From positions 38,901 through 102,900 of the forward strand of contig NZTO01000049.1 of NCBI GenBank assembly GCA_002703375.1: a stretch of DNA of 64,000 bases, read 5' to 3'. This stretch comes from Fidelibacterota bacterium. Its GTDB lineage: Bacteria > Fidelibacterota > Marinisomatia > SCGC-AAA003-L08 > GCA-002704045. The position numbers and the translations under genes are program-made. The notes below the pieces were generated by a model. That model was not told the DNA's origin, made no database searches, and saw nothing but the letters and a program-made list of their open reading frames with translations. How positions within the stretch are numbered: position 1 is the first letter of the stretch; the number at the start of each line of letters is the position of its first letter. Positions 1 to 10,259 of this stretch are shown piece by piece.

Positions 1-19
1 TCAAATTACTATATATATA

Positions 20-598
20 ATGCCAATTATCAAGTTAGATGATCTACCAAATACAATGAAAAGGGAAAAATTAGATGTTGCTGTTGTTAGTTTTGGTGGT
101 TCAGGTTCAAATACTTTAGTAGAATTTCTACAGGCCCAGGGATTAAATACAAGAGCCCGTTGCTGGCAAAAGTTAGTTTGCCATTGTCCTGAACCTATTG
201 ATACGGATATCCCCATGATTTACATGTATAATAAAGATGCAAGAGATGCATTCTGTTCTCAGCGGAGACGCATGAGTGTGTGTTGGAAAGACAATCAAAG
301 AAAATTGTCGAATGGAAATTGCCCTAGTTTCTCCGATGAAAATCTCCTGCGATTGATGATAAAACAATTTAAGGCGTGGACCAAACTACCAAGAAAAAAA
401 AATCTTCTTTTTCTAACCTTTCAAGAATTTTTTACAGATGCCGGGAGAGATAAAATAAATAAGTTCTTAAATAAAAATTATACAGGGTGGCCAAATTGGG
501 GTGACCGCGAGAAACATGTATATGATTTTGATAAGGACAAAGAACTATTTGATACATTTAAAGATGACCTTGAATACATCAAAAATTTTGAACCCTAG
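20..598 (+). CDS. hypothetical protein (192 aa)
   Basis: ATG-initiated ORF and the only long ORF at this locus. I cannot assign a motif with confidence. Confidence 0.5.
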   Translation: MPIIKLDDLPNTMKREKLDVAVVSFGGSGSNTLVEFLQAQGLNTRARCWQKLVCHCPEPIDTDIPMIYMYNKDARDAFCSQRRRMSVCWKDNQRKLSNGNCPSFSDENLLRLMIKQFKAWTKLPRKKNLLFLTFQEFFTDAGRDKINKFLNKNYTGWPNWGDREKHVYDFDKDKELFDTFKDDLEYIKNFEP

Positions 599-975
599 TC
601 TGCTAGATATTCTCTTGTGGGGTTTCCATAATCATATAAAGGAACTGAATTATTCAAAAATAGAAGTTTACTTCCAGGGACTCCCGAACGATATGCAGGA
701 TTTTTTTTTTGACAGTTTGCTAAGGATATTCTATTTCTAAATATATTACCCTTTGCGATTCTCGCAAAGTTCGCAACTCTTGTAACAGAATTATCTTTTA
801 CTTTATTTTGATTGTATTTAAGAACTTCTGCTTTTCTACGCATATTGTAATCCTCTAAACTATATGTAACATAATCTCTCTGTGGTATACGTACTCTTCC
901 CCATGTCCTGTTTAAGGTGGTTGTTACAAATCTTCCATTTATACATTCTCTCACGGTATATGTTTCGTTTGACAT
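595..975 (-). CDS. hypothetical basic protein (126 aa after start trimming)
   Basis: ORF track gives 595..1041. The first 22 codons run into the divergent neighbour, so I use the internal ATG at 975 (MSNETYTV...). No assignable domain. Confidence 0.5.
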   Translation of the reverse strand: MSNETYTVRECINGRFVTTTLNRTWGRVRIPQRDYVTYSLEDYNMRRKAEVLKYNQNKVKDNSVTRVANFARIAKGNIFRNRISLANCQKKNPAYRSGVPGSKLLFLNNSVPLYDYGNPTREYLAD

Positions 976-1013
976 TATATTATATTTATATTTTTTTCTA
1001 CAATATAAATATA

Positions 1014-1454
1014 ATGGGACGAACCGGAGGAAGACATCCATCTATAAGTTTTAGAGCCTTTGCGCCAGGAGGAAGTACTGCTTTAAATAAATCAAAACAA
1101 GATATATTTGCTATGAATTTACATGTAGAAGGTAATTCAGATGTTAAAAAAAATAGTTCATCTGCAAGTAAAACTACTACAGACTTAACTGCTAGCGGAA
1201 CAGTGACTTCAAAAAATGTAAAAGTTACTAACCTTTTATCATTGCCCAGTATAGTAGATAAAATAAAATCAGATAATTTAACAGTGGATACTATATATTG
1301 TACTGATGACGTCGAAGAAGGAATGATTGGTTATCTTCCTAGTGGTTCTAATATTTATGGTACCGTACTAGCAGAGGGGGGAACTAGTTTTTTTGTCGCC
1401 AGATATGTTGTGAGTGCTGGAGCTCTTCTTTGGCAAGCCTTCCCTAGTTCATAG
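1014..1454 (+). CDS. hypothetical protein (146 aa)
   Basis: ORF track gives 882..1454. Its first 44 codons are antisense to the 595..975 gene, so I use the ATG verified at 1014 (MGRTGGRH...). Confidence 0.45.
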   Translation: MGRTGGRHPSISFRAFAPGGSTALNKSKQDIFAMNLHVEGNSDVKKNSSSASKTTTDLTASGTVTSKNVKVTNLLSLPSIVDKIKSDNLTVDTIYCTDDVEEGMIGYLPSGSNIYGTVLAEGGTSFFVARYVVSAGALLWQAFPSS

Positions 1455-2018
1455 TTAATCAAATCGCACTACAATTTCAACCTCTTCTTTTTTAATACTT
1501 TTCACAGCAGAAACTGATAATTCTTCTCGTTTTTTTCGTGTTTTACATGTTGTTGTATTTATAGAATTATTACGCTTTGATGTACTGTTTCTTTTATTCA
1601 TGTCAGCCTCAATCACAGCATAATTATCTTCAATATATTGAATAACATCATTTTCTAAGGCCCATTTAAAAAAATTAAGTTGCCCTATAGTTGTCTGTAT
1701 AAAAGTATTATTTTTATAGGGAATATTAATTCTTTCCCAACGACAAAATGGATCAAACCGACGTTTTGAATATGCCTTCAATTTTAATTTATAATCTGTA
1801 TAAACCTTAAATCGCATCTTTTCACTATTTTTTTCAATAATATAAATCGTAAAATTTTTTTTCGCGTAGTTTGTAGCAAACCAATCTACGATTCGCAAAG
1901 ATATTTTTGATTCACCGTTAATTATGTTTAACATTTTTTGTAAGTTATTATCTTTCTTATAAAAGGATAGTAAATTAGACATTAATAATTCATTTTGAGT
2001 ACTATACGTCTTAGACAT
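1455..2018 (-). CDS. conserved hypothetical protein (187 aa)
   Basis: Uninterrupted ORF. Segments RIVDWFATNYAKK, RFDPFCRWERI and TTIGQLNFFKWA resemble a family I recall from other large dsDNA viruses (recall only). Function unknown. Confidence 0.6.
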   Translation of the reverse strand: MSKTYSTQNELLMSNLLSFYKKDNNLQKMLNIINGESKISLRIVDWFATNYAKKNFTIYIIEKNSEKMRFKVYTDYKLKLKAYSKRRFDPFCRWERINIPYKNNTFIQTTIGQLNFFKWALENDVIQYIEDNYAVIEADMNKRNSTSKRNNSINTTTCKTRKKREELSVSAVKSIKKEEVEIVVRFD

Positions 2019-2080
2019 TTAATAATAGTAAAATTGTATTTTTAAAATACTTTTTCATAAATATATTTAATTTATTATAT

Positions 2081-4504
2081 TTATGAAAACAGGCGATTCA
2101 TATTTTTCACCTCGGGTTTATCTTTTTGTTCTGTAAAAATTTTATGAATCATACCCGAATCTCTAAATCTTACGGAATATTCCTGTTGCATTTTATTTCT
2201 ACCGATTCTTCCCAATGCCTGAAGTGTTTTTTCTTGAGTCATACTTGACAAATCTTTGGATATATATCCATGAGTGAATTGATAATTTGTACCATAAATA
2301 TAATCACTAGATGCAATAATCATAAATAATTTTTGCTGACTTGCGAGTTCTTTCATAATTTCTGTATAAGCAATACTCGTGTGCTCGCTAAAAACACCGA
2401 TTCCCATAATTAAAAGGATTTTCCAAGCCGCATCTATATCGGTAAGTTGTGCAATGCGAATTACAACATCTTCGCTAATATCAGCAGTAAATAAGTTTGA
2501 CTTATCTTTATCGGGAATCCATTTTTCAGTATGAGAATGAGTGTTTGGTATATAGGTGTCATCTATTTGAATTACCCGAATTTCTCTAAGCAACTCTTCA
2601 ATTTTAGATTGAATTGCTTTCATTTCAGGATTGACACGAGTACCAGAGTTTTTTCTTTCGGAAGTAACCTTGTTTTCTTTCATATCAAGATCTTCATAGT
2701 CCTTTTCCAATTTTTTTGTTTCATTTGTTAGTTTAGTATTATATTCAATATCCCTCATTAATATTTGTATTGTTTTTTCCGGAATGTTTGATTCCTTTAA
2801 ATAAAATGCTGCCACTTTTTTTATATTTTCCGTTAAAAATATTGTCGGACCGTGAGTTAGTGTATAGGAATCACTTGTTACCGCATGTATATTCGATTCA
2901 TAATATTTTTTACGATTTTCATTGAAATACTTATATATAGTGCTCCATTCTTCATGTTTAATATTTTTCAAAATTAGCAAATAATATTGTTTAATTTCAA
3001 ACATTGTTACCGTATTAAAATTCATGAAATAATTTTCAAGTTTAAGATTTTCTCTTTTCATGTAGTTATTTGTATTAATAAATAATATAAACCTTACAAT
3101 CTCTCCAAGGTCGAGGTACCGAAATAATGTTTTGTTTTCATTTATGTATTTGGCACAAGCCTGTAGTTCTTTATATTCTGCAAAAGATAAATGCGGTAAA
3201 TAAACGGAACAATCTTGATTGATAATTGGAATTGTCTTTTTACAATCATGGCTGATTATGCTATGAACATCGCCGCCAAATTTTATTCTGTAATCTTGAA
3301 TTGTTGAGATGATTTCATCTTCTCTAGGTAGCGTAGCAGAAGAAAGGACAATATTTGGTATAAGATTATCCTTCCAATTGTTGTGAATTATTTCATGAAA
3401 ATCGTGGGATTCATAATCCATAGTAATAGTGGGTTCGTCCCAAAAGGTAATAATTTTTTCTTTTTTATTGAATGCAAGCATATAATACATCGCATATCTA
3501 TAAGATTTTATATCGGATATAATCATTTCAACATTTTCCCCATTACTGTTATCCACTTTTCGAATTACGCCACTTTTTCGATCGCGAATACAATCCTTTG
3601 CTGCATTAAAATGCAATCTAATATCTTCCGCATCACCACAATTAAAAGCCAATGCAATTTTGCGATTTGAAGATATGGCATTTCTTGCAATAGCAAGACC
3701 AACATGCCTAGCCGCACACACAAATATTACACGATATTTTTCACACAATCCAATAGGAGTTAGGGTTTTTCCTGTTGATGTGGGAGCAATATATAATACC
3801 AATTTAGGTTTTATTTCAGGTAATTTAAATAATTGAAATATATCTTTTTGATGTTTGTATAAACAAATGTTTGCATGTTTCCATAAATAAGAATTGTGCT
3901 CAATCACGGTTGATGCATTTTCAATTAAAGTGGGTATTTGAGAAAGTATATCTAATTCCTTCGTAAAATAGTCAAGAATGAATCCTACAAATTCTTTAAA
4001 TAACTCATTAACCATCTTAATAGGATAATTATTCAAATGATGAATAGTATAGTAATAAAATATATATGTTGACATTTTTTTAGACTTGTCTGCTCTTTCC
4101 TTTTTAAAATACTTATTTATCATAATTTCAATCAGGTCCATGACAATAAATTCATAAATGTTTTTTTTCTCTCGTTCAAAGGTTTTTTCAAAATTTTCAA
4201 TTCGAATTATTTCTTTTTTTTTGGGATTTGTTTTTTTTTTAAATGTATATTTATAGTTGATATTGTTTTTTTTTAATAGTTTATCTATTTTAGGTTTAAA
4301 ATACTTTTCGAATAAAAATGAGGTCATTTCTTTTGACTCCTCTATTTTTGTATAAAGATAGAGTGAGTTTGTATTAGAATAGGATACTGAAGTTTCATGG
4401 AACCCCTCTTTGATCATATTTAGAATTTGTTTTTCATCGCTATCTACAGGAATTTCGATACCCTCCCATTCTGCGCGAGTTAGTTTGCGTTGACAAAGAT
4501 CCAT
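2081..4504 (-). CDS. superfamily-2 helicase (DEAD/SNF2-like)
   Basis: Ordered motifs: Walker A APTSTGKT, Walker B-like FWDEPT, motif III SSAT, motif VI QALGRIGR. Start set at MDLCQRK (ATG 4504) because an AAAATTGA box lies 38 nt upstream. ATGs at 4540 and 4594 remain possible. Confidence 0.8.
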   Translation of the reverse strand: MDLCQRKLTRAEWEGIEIPVDSDEKQILNMIKEGFHETSVSYSNTNSLYLYTKIEESKEMTSFLFEKYFKPKIDKLLKKNNINYKYTFKKKTNPKKKEIIRIENFEKTFEREKKNIYEFIVMDLIEIMINKYFKKERADKSKKMSTYIFYYYTIHHLNNYPIKMVNELFKEFVGFILDYFTKELDILSQIPTLIENASTVIEHNSYLWKHANICLYKHQKDIFQLFKLPEIKPKLVLYIAPTSTGKTLTPIGLCEKYRVIFVCAARHVGLAIARNAISSNRKIALAFNCGDAEDIRLHFNAAKDCIRDRKSGVIRKVDNSNGENVEMIISDIKSYRYAMYYMLAFNKKEKIITFWDEPTITMDYESHDFHEIIHNNWKDNLIPNIVLSSATLPREDEIISTIQDYRIKFGGDVHSIISHDCKKTIPIINQDCSVYLPHLSFAEYKELQACAKYINENKTLFRYLDLGEIVRFILFINTNNYMKRENLKLENYFMNFNTVTMFEIKQYYLLILKNIKHEEWSTIYKYFNENRKKYYESNIHAVTSDSYTLTHGPTIFLTENIKKVAAFYLKESNIPEKTIQILMRDIEYNTKLTNETKKLEKDYEDLDMKENKVTSERKNSGTRVNPEMKAIQSKIEELLREIRVIQIDDTYIPNTHSHTEKWIPDKDKSNLFTADISEDVVIRIAQLTDIDAAWKILLIMGIGVFSEHTSIAYTEIMKELASQQKLFMIIASSDYIYGTNYQFTHGYISKDLSSMTQEKTLQALGRIGRNKMQQEYSVRFRDSGMIHKIFTEQKDKPEVKNMNRLFS

Positions 4505-4542
4505 TTCTGTTGTTAATAGTATTTTAATACTTTTAAACATTT

Positions 4543-4550
4543 TCAATTTT
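4543..4550 (-). promoter_or_regulatory. AAAATTGA early-promoter-like box
   Basis: The plus strand reads tcaatttt. It lies 38 nt upstream of ATG 4504 of the helicase gene. Confidence 0.45.
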
Positions 4551-4663
4551 ATACATTGTATTATAATAAATATATTTATGAAATTAACGTGCAAAATAAA
4601 AAAAAAGAAAGTAACGCATTCTGATATTAAAAATATATTTAAAAAATAAATATATTATTATAT

Positions 4664-5293
4664 ATGTCGTTCAATGAGTTTGAACTTTCACCCCAAGGAA
4701 ACTATCAAAAATTGGAAAAAAAAGAAAATTTGCCGAAATATAAAGAATCGAGTGATTCGAGAGATTCGAGAGATTCTATATGTTCAAAGGATGTGTGTAA
4801 TGCAATAAAAAATTCATTTATGTTGATGTTTGGAGTGTACATGTTATTTTTATCTGGTGTATCTGTGGCCGCACTAACAGACACATCATACAAAAAACAA
4901 CATCAAATATGTGGACTAAGCAATCTATGGTTGTATTTGCTGTTCTCATTATTTTCAAATGGTTTGTTTTTAAAGGTCCGGAGAGATTTTAATCAAGAAA
5001 AATTATTTATCATTATTAAACCTAATCTTGAAGTATTAGGTGTTAAAATCTTATTTTTTATCTGGGGATCTGTGGAATTTTACAGTATTTCATGCGTAGA
5101 CGACCTTCGTAAAACAGACCTGTTTTTATGGGCATTAATGCAATATTTATTAGATATTCAAAGTATTGCAAGTATTTTTTGTTATACACTCTGGATTTGG
5201 TATAAGGTTAGAAAAGATAACGAAAGATTAAGATTAGAAGCCATAGATGCTTTGACGCGTTCAGGAGAATATGTTGAATCCGTTCGAGTATAA
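4664..5293 (+). CDS. hypothetical multi-pass membrane protein
   Basis: 209-aa ORF with several long hydrophobic segments after a polar N-terminus containing an SRDSRDS repeat. Confidence 0.55.
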   Translation: MSFNEFELSPQGNYQKLEKKENLPKYKESSDSRDSRDSICSKDVCNAIKNSFMLMFGVYMLFLSGVSVAALTDTSYKKQHQICGLSNLWLYLLFSLFSNGLFLKVRRDFNQEKLFIIIKPNLEVLGVKILFFIWGSVEFYSISCVDDLRKTDLFLWALMQYLLDIQSIASIFCYTLWIWYKVRKDNERLRLEAIDALTRSGEYVESVRV

Positions 5294-5342
5294 ATAAAAG
5301 AAATTTAGTTATAACTGAATAATTAATATTATTAAATAGTAA

Positions 5343-5810
5343 ATGAGAATTACCCCTTATTTACTATTTTCTTTTTGCAAAACCAATGTACAACCTCGAT
5401 TCTATCACAGTATTTTTGGTAGCAACTATATAGAATATAGTTATGGAACACAAAGCCGGAGAGATTTTAAACAACTTAAAAATTATACGGGATATGTTCA
5501 AGACCATCACTGTATTCCAAAACAATTTAGAAATCATAAATTACTAAGAGAAACGGGGTTTAATGTGAATAGTGCTTATAATATTGTTATTATGCCAAAT
5601 CACGAAGGGATTGAAAAACTTAATTTACATCCAGATAGTCGCGTTCATTATAACGGACACATACAATATAACAAATATGTTGGAAAACAACTTGAGTGGA
5701 TATGTTCTTGTTTTTCTACAATGGATGAAAAAAGGTATCAAATATGGCTACTTCTACATTATTTAAAGGATAATATAAAGTACAATGATACAGATATTCC
5801 ATGGAAATAA
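5343..5810 (+). CDS. AHH-type HNH/EndoVII-superfamily nuclease domain protein
   Basis: DHHCIP ... NIVIMP ... VHYNGHIQYNKYVGKQL follows the AHH-domain pattern: (A/x)HH-hydrophobic-P, then N-x-hydrophobic-LP, then H-x-G-H-x2-Y-x3-V-x3-L. Confidence 0.55.
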   Translation: MRITPYLLFSFCKTNVQPRFYHSIFGSNYIEYSYGTQSRRDFKQLKNYTGYVQDHHCIPKQFRNHKLLRETGFNVNSAYNIVIMPNHEGIEKLNLHPDSRVHYNGHIQYNKYVGKQLEWICSCFSTMDEKRYQIWLLLHYLKDNIKYNDTDIPWK

Positions 5811-5840
5811 ACGTAATCTCTCCAAACATCGTTCTTAAGA

Positions 5841-6992
5841 TTAATGTAGAAAACTTTGCTTCTGTGCATTGAAAAGGTTGTAGTTGGAAACAATCGCGTT
5901 TAAAAACCTACTTATAACAACAAAAAGAAGGGCAATAAGTATTTGATTTTTGTACTTATAATTAAATGCTATAGAAATAATACTAGAAAGAATAAGAAGA
6001 AATACTACATATTGGGTAATGGTAAAGACAATTTCTATATTATTCTTGAGTGTCATACCTTTGTCATAATCCTCATGTAAATATTGCAAGAAAACCATTC
6101 CCGTTTTTCCAGAAGGCTCAAAATACCATTCATAAAAATCGAGACAACCATTGTATTTCATGATAAAATCTAACAGATACTGCGGATATAAATAAACAAT
6201 AGGAGAATCCGTATAACATTTAAAACTGTAAAAAGGAACAAACGAGAAATCCTTTGTATTGCTGTAATCCCAAGTTTCATTCTCACATAAATCATTTACC
6301 GCCTTGATAAGTTCATGATTTTTAGTCGTTAAAAGATAGGCGCCTCCTCTAGAAAATCTTAATCCAACCTCGATAATTTTTGTTCCGCGATATTGAACAT
6401 TACAAACCCCGGTGTATCCATTCATATTGGCTTGCACCCATGTAATAATATTCTCCGGTGGTTTATTCTCTGGAGAGATATACTTCCAGTCATCCGCAAT
6501 AACACCGTGCTGGGTATCTGAGTATTTCATTGTCATTTGATACACTATAGTTCCCTTATGAATAAAAAAATCAGTCATCCCCTCCGTATCATCAATAAAC
6601 TGTGACCACATCATATTAGGAATATCTTTATATCTTTTCAATTCTTCAAAAGAATGGATCTTATAACAGTTCTTACTTGAAGCACTCTTGTGTCCATATC
6701 TGGGTTTTATAAAAATAGGGAACTCTTGCAAATCATGGCGATTTTCTAATAAGTTTTCTAAAGTTCCACAGGGAATACTTTGACTTCTAGCAATAAATAA
6801 CTTATCATATACAAATTGATATCCTTTATATTTCTTATGTGCCTGTCCATCAAAATCGGGAATGCATTTTGATATTCTTATTTTCCAAGGATCTCTATAA
6901 GGATTATAAATATTTAAAACACCGCACCAAACTTTTTCAAATTCCACAAAAAATTTCATCACTTTTTTATTTAAATCTATATACATATACAT
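5841..6992 (-). CDS. ATP-grasp-like protein with C-terminal transmembrane anchor
   Basis: FIKPRYGHKSASSKNCYKI and TKIIEVGLRFSRGG resemble ATP-grasp phosphate-binding and Mg-binding strands. The C-terminal about 60 aa are strongly hydrophobic. Start codon uncertain (MYMY... or MKFF...). Confidence 0.4.
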   Translation of the reverse strand: MYMYIDLNKKVMKFFVEFEKVWCGVLNIYNPYRDPWKIRISKCIPDFDGQAHKKYKGYQFVYDKLFIARSQSIPCGTLENLLENRHDLQEFPIFIKPRYGHKSASSKNCYKIHSFEELKRYKDIPNMMWSQFIDDTEGMTDFFIHKGTIVYQMTMKYSDTQHGVIADDWKYISPENKPPENIITWVQANMNGYTGVCNVQYRGTKIIEVGLRFSRGGAYLLTTKNHELIKAVNDLCENETWDYSNTKDFSFVPFYSFKCYTDSPIVYLYPQYLLDFIMKYNGCLDFYEWYFEPSGKTGMVFLQYLHEDYDKGMTLKNNIEIVFTITQYVVFLLILSSIISIAFNYKYKNQILIALLFVVISRFLNAIVSNYNLFNAQKQSFLH

Positions 6993-7048
6993 TATATAGA
7001 TTTAAAATTCAAACTTTAACCTGTTGAAGATTTAAAATATCGTCTATT

Positions 7049-7303
<255 letters not shown>

Positions 7304-7322
7304 CTATACATTTTATTTTAAG

Positions 7323-7934
7323 TTATTTTGAAATATTCTTAATGTTTGCATAGAATTCTAGAGTTTCCAATTCTTCATACAATCTCTCCATATTTTCACC
7401 TATAGAAAGAGTCCCGTGTCTTTCAAGTCCAATAATATCGTAGCCATTTAAACAATTAAAACAGTCTTCAGCCAAATCAAGACTTCCCGCCTCGTGGTAT
7501 TTTGCATTTTTCCCTATTGAACCAACATTTAATTCTGGAAAAAGCTTTTTTATAGTGCTTAGTTCCGTATTTTCATCTATCCCCATATACGCGATTGTTT
7601 GTAATGGGTGAGCATGAATAATACATACATCCTTATCTTTATTACTGGGCTGAGTCTGCAATAGGGCATGTATATGAATCTCTCTAGAAGGTTTGTACAT
7701 ATTATTATTAAAATACAAGTCATAATTAAAAGGAGACTTCTTATTATCAAAAGACTGAAAAAATACTTTTACTATTTGTTCTTCTTCTAAATTATTTTTT
7801 TTGATAGAGCCTGGAGAGATATAAAAATAATTCTCATTTTTTGGTTTATAACTTATATTACCGTCTCTAATAGTTATCATTTTATTGTCATATAATTTTT
7901 TCATATAATAACAAACATGTTTTCTAAATTTCAT
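7323..7934 (-). CDS. class II aldolase/adducin-domain protein
   Basis: REIHIHALLQ, VCIIHAHPLQTIA and GLERHGTLSIGENMERLYEELETLE match the zinc-His and HG motifs of the class II aldolase (FucA/MtnB-like) fold. Confidence 0.7.
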   Translation of the reverse strand: MKFRKHVCYYMKKLYDNKMITIRDGNISYKPKNENYFYISPGSIKKNNLEEEQIVKVFFQSFDNKKSPFNYDLYFNNNMYKPSREIHIHALLQTQPSNKDKDVCIIHAHPLQTIAYMGIDENTELSTIKKLFPELNVGSIGKNAKYHEAGSLDLAEDCFNCLNGYDIIGLERHGTLSIGENMERLYEELETLEFYANIKNISK

Positions 7935-7980
7935 AAATAATAATACATATGATATTTTTTTAAAAAAAAGTATAATTATA

Positions 7981-8014
7981 TTTCTATATATTTCTATATA
8001 TTTCTATATATTTA
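7981..8014. repeat. 10-nt tandem repeat (tttctatata) x3.4
   Basis: Three perfect copies at 7981, 7991 and 8001. It overlaps the stop codon of ORF 8004..8693 and lies upstream of the aldolase gene. Confidence 0.85.
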
Positions 8015-8693
8015 TCATACCTATGTTCAATGCATACATATAGTTTTCCGTTATAATAATGGGAATAATACTAACAAATAATTTATTAAGTATTTTTTTA
8101 ATAATATGATTTATAAAAAAACAACGAATATGTGAGAAAGAATACCCCTTTCGATATAATATTCTCCAATCGGTAAAACAAATTATTTTTGTTTTATTTG
8201 AAACCAAAAAAAAAAGTTCTATAAAATTTTCTAATTCATAAGAATCTTTTATTCTATACACATCTTCGTGTGGTCCTCTGTGATGTATTATCTGCAATGT
8301 TATTAAAGGTATATCTAGTTTCATTTCTTTTCGCACGTTTTTACAATGAATAATAAGAATATCGTCATTTGAATTAAAATATGTGTTGATTATTTCAGAA
8401 GTAAATACTTCATATTTTGTAGAACATTCTTTAATTAGGCAATTTAGTTTTTTCCTGTAGAAATAATCTCTCGGGCCTTTATCTATATGAGGAGTTTCAA
8501 TATCTATATTGTTTATTACATTTGAAATTTCTCCGTATTTGTGATCCCACGTTAACATATTTTTTTGAATATTAATCCAACGCTTGTGAATATTTTTAAA
8601 CTGTATTTCCTGATTAAAGAATAATATCACGCTAAAATAGGTAAATATATTTGTTATAAATTTGTCCTTTAATAAATATTCATATAATTTCAT
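8004..8693 (-). CDS. hypothetical protein (229 aa)
   Basis: Long ATG ORF with no competing ORF. No recognisable motif. Confidence 0.5.
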   Translation of the reverse strand: MKLYEYLLKDKFITNIFTYFSVILFFNQEIQFKNIHKRWINIQKNMLTWDHKYGEISNVINNIDIETPHIDKGPRDYFYRKKLNCLIKECSTKYEVFTSEIINTYFNSNDDILIIHCKNVRKEMKLDIPLITLQIIHHRGPHEDVYRIKDSYELENFIELFFLVSNKTKIICFTDWRILYRKGYSFSHIRCFFINHIIKKILNKLFVSIIPIIITENYMYALNIGMINI

Positions 8694-8767
8694 AAAATTA
8701 CAATGGTAATAAATATGCTATAAATAATATTAATAATACCTAAACTTATTTAAATTTATATATAATT

Positions 8768-9607
8768 TTAAATATTGGTTGTATCTTCGGCCTGTTCAGC
8801 CTGTTCTTCACTCGTAACGATTTCATTAGAAATAATTTTAATTCTATTTAAACACCTTTCAGAGAAATTTTTATTTTGGTCCAAGAATTTTCCTAATCTC
8901 TCGATATATGAATTAAATTCAAGAGTCAACTTTTGTTTTTGACTTTCCAAGTTCATAATTAGATTTCCCACACTAAATCCCCGGGTTTCTCTTTCTGTTG
9001 CTCGAGAGATTTTATCATCAAATGAACCAATATCTTCGGCAAGTTCCCTTAAGTTACTTGTTGTGCAATTAATTAAAGAAAATATTTCATTCATGTCATA
9101 TTTTGCGTAGGGATCTTCTATTTCTGCAGGTTCACCATCAACCGGCGAACCATCTTCTCCAATTGCTGCTGGATTTTTAATCATTGTCGGTGGGTAAGGA
9201 GTCATGTTTCTAAATTTACGCTCCTTTACAGCCTCTTTTGTAGAACCAACGGGAATTTCTTCAATGGCTAGGGCATTTTCTATTATACCATCACAGTATT
9301 TGTATAAATCTCCGTAAAGTTTTTTAATATATACATCTTTCATGTGAACAAAAAAATTCAAATCAATTTCTAAAGAACTTTTTTGAAATCCCAGTGTATC
9401 TAAAGATGTTCCAGTGTCATAACCACGTTCTTTGTCTGCTAGAACTTCTTTTTCAAAGTCTTTTATAGATAAAATATCACTTTCAAGATTACCAATAAAT
9501 TTATCCATTTCCGCATATTTTGCATTGATTACATTTAATGTATCGTTATAACTATCAGAATCAATCTTGTCTCTTAGTGTACTGTCATTAGGTTTAATTG
9601 CTGTCAT
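8768..9607 (-). CDS. hypothetical protein (279 aa)
   Basis: Long ORF with charged, coiled-coil-like composition and an acidic C-terminus. Confidence 0.55.
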   Translation of the reverse strand: MTAIKPNDSTLRDKIDSDSYNDTLNVINAKYAEMDKFIGNLESDILSIKDFEKEVLADKERGYDTGTSLDTLGFQKSSLEIDLNFFVHMKDVYIKKLYGDLYKYCDGIIENALAIEEIPVGSTKEAVKERKFRNMTPYPPTMIKNPAAIGEDGSPVDGEPAEIEDPYAKYDMNEIFSLINCTTSNLRELAEDIGSFDDKISRATERETRGFSVGNLIMNLESQKQKLTLEFNSYIERLGKFLDQNKNFSERCLNRIKIISNEIVTSEEQAEQAEDTTNI

Positions 9608-9766
9608 ATATCATTATAAACGAATTATTTTTTTACAAAAAAAATAATTTGATTTAACATCAAAAGCAACAAAAATAATTGTTATCATCTAATGAAATAT
9701 CCATTCCAAAGAAAAATCTTAGATAATAATAATGGTATATAATATTTAGATTTGTATTGAATTCAG

Positions 9767-10186
9767 TTAAAAGTCGATTTGAGGAGACTGAATTCCCCTT
9801 GATTCTAAAAAATCACGTACATCCTTGCCAATTTTTTTAATACTGCTGAGTCTTTTTTTAACATTATTGCACCGGTCCGTATTTATAATAGATTCACATA
9901 CTTCCATTCTATTTTTTAATTCTTGGTTAAATAAAACAGCATTCTTTATTTCATCGGTAAGTAATGTAATATCTTGTAATTGTCTTTCTATGAGTGTATC
10001 ATATCTTTCTATAAAATTATTAATACAAATAATATTGGCCTCGTCTACTTTAACTTTATTCTCTAACTGTTTATTTAATTCTTTTCTAACATTCATATCC
10101 TTTTTAAGTTCTTGTATTTGTACGTCTATATCATCAGGTTTATACTTCATAAAATCCGCTAAAATATTTCCCATAGTTTGTGACAT
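9767..10186 (-). CDS. hypothetical coiled-coil protein (139 aa)
   Basis: Heptad-like charged sequence. The antisense 121-aa ORF (9825..10190) is low-complexity and less plausible. Confidence 0.5.
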   Translation of the reverse strand: MSQTMGNILADFMKYKPDDIDVQIQELKKDMNVRKELNKQLENKVKVDEANIICINNFIERYDTLIERQLQDITLLTDEIKNAVLFNQELKNRMEVCESIINTDRCNNVKKRLSSIKKIGKDVRDFLESRGIQSPQIDF

Positions 10187-10259
10187 TTAATTTTTATATA
10201 TATTTATTATTTTACAAATATAATAAATACATTTAAAGAAATAGAATTAGAATTAGATA

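Noticed and set aside
4505-4594. Longer N-terminal extensions offered by the ORF track (4594, and likewise 1041, 882, 15132, 17155, 32161, 56021).
   Set aside because: The extensions are hydrophobic or low-complexity AT-rich read-through. They overlap neighbouring genes or promoter boxes and precede an internal ATG that begins the recognisable domain.
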